A DNA stretch of 18,966 bases from Candidatus Woesearchaeota archaeon (GCA_964573185.1 CAZNIQ010000013.1:1-18966); one strand, 5' to 3'; positions 1 to 5,845 are shown, numbered from the stretch's first letter. Made by a program: numbers and translations. Notes: generated by a model from the sequence alone, not told the origin.

Positions 1-647
1 TAATCTACTTTTTTAAAATCGCCCTTTTTGAGTTTTACAATAAAATATAATGAAACTAAATGATCCTCTGGCTTTAATTCCGTTCCAATAGGCCTTACAT
101 TCTTGAATCCCTGTAAATATTTTAATAATTCTATATAAACGTTTTCTGTAATCCAACTCAACTCTTTATAATATTCTAAAGCTCTCTTTGCATTTTCAAA
201 ACCAGCTTTTTTAACTAAGAATTGCAACCAAGCCATAACTACTGCAATATACATTGGATCTTTTTTTATTTCATCTAAAGGTAAATATTCTGTATAATCT
301 TCTTTCTTTATCTCTTTTTTAGTTTCTTTTTTCTCAATTTCTTTCTTAATTATTTTGGGTTTTTGCACGAAGGGATTATACATATTTGCTATCATTTCAT
401 ATAAAGACATCAATTTTTCGAAATCCCCTTTTATTCTTTCTATTTCCTGATTATGCATTTCAACAGTATCTTTAAGTCCTACAACGGTTTCTTCTATTTT
501 TCTTACTCTTTCCTCAACTAATCTCATCTTCTCACCCAATTCTTGTAAAGGCTGTAAAGCATTGAATATTTCATTTCTTAAGTTTGTTATATGTTCTTCA
601 AAATTCGGTTTTTCTTCTTCTTTTTTCTTGAAGAACTTAAATATCAT
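1..647 (-). CDS. flaD: Archaellum accessory protein, FlaC/FlaD/FlaE (ArlC/D/E) family; the C-terminus runs off the left edge of the window
   Basis: Not on the supplied track because it is open at the window edge. Hand translation of the minus strand from ATG (647-645) gives MIFKFFKKKEEEKPNFEEHITNLRNEIFNALQPLQELGEKMRLVEERVRKIEETVVGLKDTVEMHNQEIERIKGDFEKLMSLYEMIANMYNPFVQK...LPLDEIKKDPMYIAVVMAWLQFLVKKAGFENAKRALEYYKELSWITENVYIELLKYLQGF... with no stop down to position 3. It has an N-terminal coiled coil (FlaC-like) and a C-terminal WLxFL...YYxxLxWI segment typical of the archaeal FlaD/E domain. Confidence 0.7.
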   Translation of the reverse strand, partial: MIFKFFKKKEEEKPNFEEHITNLRNEIFNALQPLQELGEKMRLVEERVRKIEETVVGLKDTVEMHNQEIERIKGDFEKLMSLYEMIANMYNPFVQKPKIIKKEIEKKETKKEIKKEDYTEYLPLDEIKKDPMYIAVVMAWLQFLVKKAGFENAKRALEYYKELSWITENVYIELLKYLQGFKNVRPIGTELKPEDHLVSLYFIVKLKKGDFKKVD

Positions 648-684
648 CTAAAAGTAATATCTTTGTTTTCAATTTAAAGGTATG

Positions 685-1806
685 TTAAGCTTTGATGATT
701 AACGTTTGTTTATATGCAATACTTTGTACCCATTCCTTTACCCACAGAGGAACCCTCCCTTTTATTACTATTTTCCAAGGTCTTACTTCTACTTCAGCTT
801 TTAAGTTTAAATATTCTAAGAACTCTTCTATCTCCTCTTTTGAAATATAAGGTATTTTTTCTGGACAATTGTTTTCACATTTTACACACCCTCCTTTTAG
901 AAATTCTAATGCTGGATTTACTACTTTATGTGCCCAAGCGTTATGACACGAAGCTCTAATGAAATATCTTACATCATACTTCTGCACTATTTTGATAGCT
1001 TTTAAAATTATATCGTTCATTTCTAAATTAACTTGCTTTCTTCCTTTTGGTTTGACTGGTAACCTTCTTTTTATTTCAGAAATATCAAAGTAATATGATA
1101 ATCTTTTTAAATTATTTTCAGTTGCTCTAAAAATACCAAAAACTATTGGAACATCTAAACTCTTAGCTAAATTAACTATATCTTCTATTTCGTCTTCTGT
1201 GATCCCTGGAATTATTGGTCTTAGAAAGATTGCTGGCTTAATATATTTTTTTAATATTTTGATTGTTTCAATTCTTTCTTCAATTTCAGGAGCTCTGGGT
1301 TCTAGTATCTTTTTCTTTTTTAATGTAACTATAGTTACCAATCCGCTCATGTTTCTATCAACGTTCCTTAAGATTTTCGCTTCATGCTCTGAAATATAAA
1401 ATTTCGTAGAAAATTGTATAGGATTTCCTAAAACTTTTAGCTCTTTCATATATTCCAAGGTTTTTTCTTTGAGTTCAGGATGAAAAGGATCAGAAATACT
1501 TCCAAAAGCTAAAAAAGTTCTTTCAGGAACAATATACGGATTTGAAACTAAAGCATAAAGCATCTGTTTCCCATTTAAAGGATTTTTTCTTACTTTAGTA
1601 AATTCTAATCCCATATCTTGAATATAACAATATAAACACATGTTATCACAACCATAACCAGAATGTATTGTGAACCCACATCCTATAGGCTTTCTCCTAG
1701 CATGTTCATTATCCAAAGCCTCCCTCTTCTCTTTTTCAGATAGTTTGGACTCTAAGTTTTCTTTTATTTTCTTTTTCTTTTCATATAACCTGATGAAAAT
1801 GTTCAT
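685..1806 (-). CDS. Radical SAM enzyme (SplB/COG1533-like family), 373 aa
   Basis: CxxxCxxC cluster motif GYGCDNMCLYCYIQ near the N-terminus, and a second Cys cluster (CVKCENNCPEK) near the C-terminus. The overall layout resembles archaeal SPL-like radical SAM proteins. The substrate is unknown. Confidence 0.8.
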   Translation of the reverse strand: MNIFIRLYEKKKKIKENLESKLSEKEKREALDNEHARRKPIGCGFTIHSGYGCDNMCLYCYIQDMGLEFTKVRKNPLNGKQMLYALVSNPYIVPERTFLAFGSISDPFHPELKEKTLEYMKELKVLGNPIQFSTKFYISEHEAKILRNVDRNMSGLVTIVTLKKKKILEPRAPEIEERIETIKILKKYIKPAIFLRPIIPGITEDEIEDIVNLAKSLDVPIVFGIFRATENNLKRLSYYFDISEIKRRLPVKPKGRKQVNLEMNDIILKAIKIVQKYDVRYFIRASCHNAWAHKVVNPALEFLKGGCVKCENNCPEKIPYISKEEIEEFLEYLNLKAEVEVRPWKIVIKGRVPLWVKEWVQSIAYKQTLIIKA

Positions 1807-1834
1807 TAAATTTTTAACTAAAATTAAATTTTAA

Positions 1835-1884
1835 ATGAAGAGCACGGCCGCCACTGATTTAATGATGATTTTTCGAGGAGCAGA
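1835..1884 (+). ncRNA. Box C/D sRNA candidate (sR-a), 50 nt
   Basis: C AUGAAGA (1835-1841), 12-nt guide GCACGGCCGCCA (1842-1853), D' CUGA (1854-1857), loop UUUA, C' AUGAUGA (1862-1868), 12-nt guide UUUUUCGAGGAG (1869-1880), D CAGA (1881-1884). Both spacers are exactly 12 nt. The terminal boxes each deviate from consensus at the positions that pair with each other (U.U to A.A). It lies in the divergent gap between the radical SAM gene and the 1914 ORF. The GC-rich guide stands out in AT-rich sequence. Confidence 0.6.
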
Positions 1885-1913
1885 TTTATAAAGATTTTTG
1901 TCAAAGTAATTAA

Positions 1914-2339
1914 ATGGTAGTAAGGTTTATAATTAAGAAACAAGGAAAGAAGTTAGAAGAAATGGTGTATGCAGGAGAGATAATTGGTATAAGACTGTCT
2001 AATGTTGAAGCATATAATTCTCATCTAAAAGAGATAGGTGTACTTGATTTGATAAAAGATATTGCTGAAAAGGAATATGGTACTGCAGGAATTAGGGATT
2101 TTTATATTAAAAGATTAATAGATCAAAAGTATATTGAAAATGGATATAAGCGCGTGCTCGAAGTATTATTTGATAGATTTTCCTTAAATTATTATTTAAA
2201 AGAAGGAAACATTGATATAGAAAAAGTATCAAGAGTAATAGGAAGAAGATGCTTAGGTATATTAGAACTAATGATAGATGTGGATAAACCAGAAGTAGAA
2301 GCAAGATGCTTAGAAGGAGAAGTTAGTTATACGAGATAG
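1914..2339 (+). CDS. Hypothetical protein, 141 aa
   Basis: ORF track only; no motif recognised. A TATA-like ATTTATAAAG (1884-1893) sits about 25 nt upstream of the ATG, consistent with a leaderless transcript. Confidence 0.5.
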   Translation: MVVRFIIKKQGKKLEEMVYAGEIIGIRLSNVEAYNSHLKEIGVLDLIKDIAEKEYGTAGIRDFYIKRLIDQKYIENGYKRVLEVLFDRFSLNYYLKEGNIDIEKVSRVIGRRCLGILELMIDVDKPEVEARCLEGEVSYTR

Positions 2340-2731
2340 AAAAATAAAATAGCTAGTAAAACTCTAAGAATAGTTGCCAAGGTCATCAAAGTATCTGTAA
2401 CTTTGATATATTTTCCATTCCAAAGTTTCCAAACGTAAATTAATCTATTTTTAAATCCCCAAAGTTCTTTCCATTCTTTAGGATCGACTAAAAACCACAT
2501 AATATCGTTTAAAGCCCAGGAAAGCAAAAGCATCCCAAGCCAGATATTCCATTTTTCAGGATAGAGGATTAATAATGGAATATAAGGTAGAGATACCATA
2601 AAGGGATAAATCCTTATGTGATATCCAATATCTCTGAAATCTTTACCTAAAAACTTTTGTTTACCATACATACTATCCAAGAATGTTATAATTAAGCCTA
2701 TTAAAAATGCAAGAAGAATATATTTTAACAT
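2327..2731 (-). CDS. Hypothetical integral membrane protein, 134 aa
   Basis: About 4 hydrophobic segments (LLAFLIGLIITFL, PFMVSLPYIPLLILY, WLGMLLLSWALNDIMWFLV, LATILRVLLAILFFYLV). No family recognised. Confidence 0.6.
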   Translation of the reverse strand: MLKYILLAFLIGLIITFLDSMYGKQKFLGKDFRDIGYHIRIYPFMVSLPYIPLLILYPEKWNIWLGMLLLSWALNDIMWFLVDPKEWKELWGFKNRLIYVWKLWNGKYIKVTDTLMTLATILRVLLAILFFYLV

Positions 2732-2778
2732 GATGAGTTCAGCCTTAACAGATTAATGAAGAAAAGGTGATCCCCTGA
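2730..2778 (+). ncRNA. Box C/D sRNA (sR-b), 49 nt
   Basis: C AUGAUGA (2730-2736), 12-nt guide GUUCAGCCUUAA (2737-2748), D' CAGA (2749-2752), loop UUA, C' AUGAAGA (2756-2762), 12-nt guide AAAGGUGAUCCC (2763-2774), D CUGA (2775-2778). It fills the gap between two minus-strand genes on the opposite strand. The C box overlaps the start codon (2729-2731) of the membrane ORF, and the D box abuts the L39e stop (2779-2781). Confidence 0.8.
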
Positions 2779-2955
2779 CTATAGTGTTTTCCTAATCTTT
2801 GTTCCTTTTCTCCAATGTCTTTTTATCCTTGTGATTACTGAAGGATGCAATAATCTTCCTAATCTTTTAACTACAGCCCATAAAGGTGCCCACCTAGTTC
2901 TTCTATTAAATTTTCCTAGTTTTATCTTTAAATATTTGGTTTTTGCTTTGCTCAT
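2779..2955 (-). CDS. rpl39e: 50S ribosomal protein L39e, 58 aa (below the length cutoff of the ORF track)
   Basis: Hand translation from ATG (2955-2953) to TAG (2781-2779) gives MSKAKTKYLKIKLGKFNRRTRWAPLWAVVKRLGRLLHPSVITRIKRHWRKGTKIRKTL. It is highly basic, and the NRR..P.W and RHWRK signature matches the L39e family. Confidence 0.85.
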   Translation of the reverse strand: MSKAKTKYLKIKLGKFNRRTRWAPLWAVVKRLGRLLHPSVITRIKRHWRKGTKIRKTL

Positions 2956-2988
2956 AGGTTTTAAAAAGAAGTATTTCTTTAAAAGGTT

Positions 2989-3336
2989 ATGGTAGATATT
3001 GAAGAGATTAGAAGGAGAAAACTACTAGAGTTGTATCAGAAATTAAAAGAAAAGCAAGAAGAGGAAAAAGCAAAAGAAGAACAAATAAAAGCACAAATAG
3101 AACAAATGGAAGAAATAGTAAAGTCCTATTTGACAAAAGAAGCTAGAGAACGATTAAATAATCTTAGAATAGCACATCCTGAAAAATACTTACAAGCTTT
3201 ACAAATATTATATTACAATATAGTTACTGGAAGGTTAAATAGAAAGCTTACAGATGAAGATCTCAAAAAAATATTACGAGCGATGTTTTCAAGAGAAAAG
3301 AAAGAGACAAAAATAAGGATAATCCATGAATATTAA
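2989..3336 (+). CDS. DNA-binding protein, PDCD5/TFAR19 homologue (COG2118 family), 115 aa
   Basis: EIRRRKLLEL...LTKEARERLNNLRIAHPEKYLQALQILYYNIVTGRLNRKLTDEDLKKIL matches the conserved archaeal PDCD5-like dsDNA-binding protein family. Confidence 0.85.
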   Translation: MVDIEEIRRRKLLELYQKLKEKQEEEKAKEEQIKAQIEQMEEIVKSYLTKEARERLNNLRIAHPEKYLQALQILYYNIVTGRLNRKLTDEDLKKILRAMFSREKKETKIRIIHEY

Positions 3337-4331
3337 TGTATGATAATCCATTTTTCCTAATTTCTTCTTTTCTTTTAGGCTTTGTTTTACCTTTTATCAT
3401 TTTTAATAAAATAAAGGAAACAACAGGAAATACTCTACTAACTTTGGCTTTGGCTGGAATAATCTTTGGAATAATTTACCAATTTGAGGATACATTGTTA
3501 TCCTATTCTCCAATTACCATTTATACCTCTGTTTTTTATTTAGGATTTTGGGCAGCTATTTTCTTCTCTATAATCTCCGCTGGTGCAAAATATACTGTTT
3601 CTACATTTAGAACTATTGGAAAGGTGATGAAACCAATAGCAAGGTATACTGAGAAGGCTATTAAAGAAACAAAAAGAGAGATAAAAGAAGTAAAAAAGGA
3701 AGAAAAAATTATAAAGAGTATTAAAAGCAAAGTTTCAAAAGCTTTAAAATATATTTTTGAGGATCCTGAGAAATCAATTAAATTATTAAAAGAAGCTTAT
3801 AGTGAAACTTTAGAAGTAATGAATAAAGTAAAATTTTTGTTAAGAGAGGAAGTTGAAGAATCTGAATTATTGGAAAATATAGAAAAATGGGATATGTTTT
3901 TAGAAAAATATAAACATTTTAGGAATGTATACATTCAATATTTTTTGAGTACTCTAGAAAGAGAGGTATTAAGAGAAAGAAAATTGATAGAAGAAATTAA
4001 AAAAGAAGATATAGCTGAAGAAAGAACTCTAGAGGATATTTATAAAGATTTACAAAGATTAGCAGAATTAATAAGAACTTTAATATCTTTGATAAAATGG
4101 AAAAATTATTATTATGATCTTAGAAGATGGTATAATAATGTTACTAAAATAGTGGAGGAAATGAGGACTTTATTCAAGAAACTGGAGAAAGATGAAAAAA
4201 GATTAGCTAAATTAGTTAAGGAAGAATTATCTTTAGAGAAGAAACTTGAGAAAGAGGAAAGTAAAATGAAAAAAGTTATGAAAAACATTGGAAATAAGAT
4301 TAAAAAATTTGGAAAGAAGTTGAAAATATAG
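3336..4331 (+). CDS. Hypothetical membrane-anchored coiled-coil protein, 331 aa
   Basis: Three N-terminal hydrophobic helices (residues ~5-95) followed by ~230 aa of K/E-rich heptad-like sequence. The start ATG shares its A with the upstream TAA (TAATG at 3334-3338). No family recognised. Confidence 0.6.
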   Translation: MYDNPFFLISSFLLGFVLPFIIFNKIKETTGNTLLTLALAGIIFGIIYQFEDTLLSYSPITIYTSVFYLGFWAAIFFSIISAGAKYTVSTFRTIGKVMKPIARYTEKAIKETKREIKEVKKEEKIIKSIKSKVSKALKYIFEDPEKSIKLLKEAYSETLEVMNKVKFLLREEVEESELLENIEKWDMFLEKYKHFRNVYIQYFLSTLEREVLRERKLIEEIKKEDIAEERTLEDIYKDLQRLAELIRTLISLIKWKNYYYDLRRWYNNVTKIVEEMRTLFKKLEKDEKRLAKLVKEELSLEKKLEKEESKMKKVMKNIGNKIKKFGKKLKI

Positions 4332-4459
4332 TGATGATGGCTCAGTAATCTGACGCCTCCGGGAGTCCAGCGGGGTTGAGACCCCTAAGTGGGGACTGTG
4401 ATACCCCGTCCCGTCGCCCGGAGGACAGAAATAAGAATGATGAATAGGGCGACGTCTGA
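4331..4459 (+). ncRNA. Composite guide RNA candidate (sR-c): a box C/D sRNA whose D'-C' linker is an 83-nt H/ACA-like K-turn hairpin, 129 nt
   Basis: C GUGAUGA (4331-4337; its first G is the last base of the upstream TAG stop), 12-nt guide UGGCUCAGUAAU (4338-4349), D' CUGA (4350-4353), GC-rich insert 4354-4436, C' AUGAUGA (4437-4443), 12-nt guide AUAGGGCGACGU (4444-4455), D CUGA (4456-4459), then T5. Apart from the tRNA, this is the only long GC-rich patch in the window. Confidence 0.75.
4356..4427 (+). ncRNA. H/ACA-like pseudouridylation-guide hairpin embedded in sR-c
   Basis: Lower stem CCUCCGGG (4356-4363) pairs with CCCGGAGG (4417-4424), 8 Watson-Crick bp, directly followed by ACA (4425-4427). 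Pocket strands are AGUCCAG (4364-4370) and UCCCGUCG (4409-4416). Upper stem is 4371-4376/4403-4408 (6 bp). K-turn: U4377.U4402, G4378.A4401, A4379.G4400, 3-nt bulge UGU (4397-4399), C-stem 4380-4385/4391-4396 (one A.A mismatch), loop UAAGU (4386-4390). There are 16 nt between the base of the upper stem and ACA. Confidence 0.55.
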
Positions 4460-4464
4460 TTTTT
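4460..4464 (+). terminator. Oligo-T tract (T5) immediately after the D box of sR-c
   Basis: CUGA is followed by TTTTT. Archaeal transcription commonly terminates at oligo-T. This is weak evidence in an AT-rich genome. Confidence 0.35.
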
Positions 4465-4488
4465 AAGATTTAAAATTACTACTTCTAA

Positions 4489-5124
4489 ATGATTATTGAT
4501 TTTGATTCTCTAGAGCAAAGAATACTAGATTCTAAGTTTGAAAATTTGTGTTCTTTATTTAAAGATTACGATAAAGAGCTAATTCTAAATTACGAGTGTC
4601 ATCCTTATTTTAGAAGGGAAATAAAAACAGAAGGAACTGAAATTACTATAAGTGTTTATTATTTTCCAGGAAAAATCTTTAACGGAAATAAAAAAGATGG
4701 TTTGATAGATAGTATAATAAGAGAAATTAATCCAAATTTTATAGGAGAAGTTTATATAATAAATGCAGAAGTACACTCTAGAACGGGAAATCCTCCTAAA
4801 ACTATTTTAACAACATACAAAAATAATTTATTATTTTATTTTATTAAATTACGTTTCGGATTTGAATTAGAATATTCCTTTTTCAGCGGAGATTCTGGAT
4901 ACGGATTTGCAAAGTTCATAAAAAATGATCCCATAACTTATATTTTAATAGAAGATAGAGCAATACATTGGAATGAAAATGTTGTTTATTTAAATTCTCG
5001 GATAGAATCCTTTGTAGCTTTTTCTATAGGAACTCCTTATGAAGTAAAGAAGAAAGGATATAATGAGTTAAAAGATATTGTTACTTTACTTTTATATAAA
5101 ATTTTGGCTCAGAGATCCAGTTAG
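4489..5124 (+). CDS. Hypothetical protein, 211 aa
   Basis: ORF track only; no motif recognised. Its 3' end overlaps the convergent 5081-5356 gene by 44 nt. Confidence 0.5.
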   Translation: MIIDFDSLEQRILDSKFENLCSLFKDYDKELILNYECHPYFRREIKTEGTEITISVYYFPGKIFNGNKKDGLIDSIIREINPNFIGEVYIINAEVHSRTGNPPKTILTTYKNNLLFYFIKLRFGFELEYSFFSGDSGYGFAKFIKNDPITYILIEDRAIHWNENVVYLNSRIESFVAFSIGTPYEVKKKGYNELKDIVTLLLYKILAQRSS

Positions 5125-5356
5125 ATTTGCATCTTGGACATTGAGATGGAACTTTTATTTCTTTTTTGAAAGTATATCCACATTTATTACATCTTGCTGG
5201 AATTATTTCAAATTTCCATCCTTTTCTTTTAGCGATCTTCTCTATTTTCCTTAAATACTCTATAATTACTCTTCTATTTTCTATTTGCAATTCTCTTGAA
5301 AGTTCTGAAACACTATAAGGCTTCTTACTAATTAAATCTATAATCTTTTCAATCAT
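5081..5356 (-). CDS. Small transcriptional regulator, N-terminal HTH fused to a C-terminal zinc ribbon (COG3357-like), 91 aa
   Basis: The N-terminal helix-turn-helix-like segment is KKPYSVSELSRELQIENRRVIIEYLRKIEK. The C-terminus carries CxxC...CxxC (CNKCGYTF...CPRCKS). Confidence 0.7.
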   Translation of the reverse strand: MIEKIIDLISKKPYSVSELSRELQIENRRVIIEYLRKIEKIAKRKGWKFEIIPARCNKCGYTFKKEIKVPSQCPRCKSNWISEPKFYIKVK

Positions 5357-5365
5357 TATTACTTT

Positions 5366-5845
5366 ATGGAAAGAAAATATATAGCAGATACTTCCTTCTT
5401 CTTAAACTTTAATTTAATTTATAATATTTTTAAAATATATACTGTTCCGGAAGTTATTGAAGAAGTGAAAGATAGATTAAATAGAATAAAGCTTGGAATG
5501 TTTGATATAAATGTTTTAAATCCAAAGAAAAAGACTATTGAGGAAATAAAAAAGAAAATTTTGGAATTTATGCCTTTGGAAAAATTATCAGATACAGATA
5601 TTAAAATAATTGCTTTAGCTTATGAATTAAAAGGGATAGTTCTTACAGATGATTTTTCAATTCAAAATGCTTGTTACTTTTTGAGGATACCGTTTCAAGG
5701 AGTAACTAGAGAAATAAAGGAAGCTTATATATTTAGAAAACTTTGTCCAAATTGTAGAAAGATTTATTCAAATGATAAAAAGAAATGCAGTATATGCGGA
5801 TCTAATCTAAAAATAATTATTTATAGAAAAATCAGCCGAGAGTGA
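5366..5845 (+). CDS. nob1: Nob1-type endonuclease (PIN domain plus zinc ribbon), 159 aa; matures the pre-16S rRNA 3' end
   Basis: PIN-like N-terminus (YIADTSFF), the conserved LSDTDIKIIALAYELKGIVLTDDFSIQNACYFLRIPF block typical of Nob1, and a C-terminal zinc ribbon CPNCRK...CSICGS. Confidence 0.8.
   Translation: MERKYIADTSFFLNFNLIYNIFKIYTVPEVIEEVKDRLNRIKLGMFDINVLNPKKKTIEEIKKKILEFMPLEKLSDTDIKIIALAYELKGIVLTDDFSIQNACYFLRIPFQGVTREIKEAYIFRKLCPNCRKIYSNDKKKCSICGSNLKIIIYRKISRE
5827..5831 (-). terminator. Oligo-T tract (T5 on the minus strand) immediately after the D box of sR-d
   Basis: The minus strand reads CUGA-TTTTT-CTATAA. This is weak evidence in an AT-rich genome. Confidence 0.35.

Noticed and set aside
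3624-3630. A perfect C-box string, GTGATGA, inside the membrane coiled-coil ORF.
   Set aside because: There is no CUGA-type box 11-13 nt downstream (the nearest CTGA is 18 nt away) and no C'/D partner. It simply encodes V-M-K.
4338-4349. The D' guide of the composite RNA (UGGCUCAGUAAU) is identical in sense to the conserved archaeal 16S segment GGCUCAGUAA, and the sR-a D' guide (1842-1853, GCACGGCCGCCA) resembles the sense strand GCAUGGCCGCCG of 16S helix 34.
   Set aside because: Guides must be antisense to their targets, so sense identity does not define a methylation site. The comparison also rests on rRNA sequences recalled from memory. It may be coincidence, or the guides may target the partner strand of those helices. 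I left it as an oddity to test against the organism's own rRNA rather than as a claim.
4364-4416. The idea that the H/ACA-like pocket targets the Nep1 substrate (helix 35 loop, UUCAAC-type sequence) or the 23S peptidyl-transferase region (AUCGACGGGGAGG...).
   Set aside because: The predicted bipartite target 5'-CGACGGGA-U-N-CUGGACU-3' has no complementarity to a UUCAAC loop. For the 23S segment I remember, it matches only on the 5' half (CGACGGG). No target can be assigned without the organism's rRNA.
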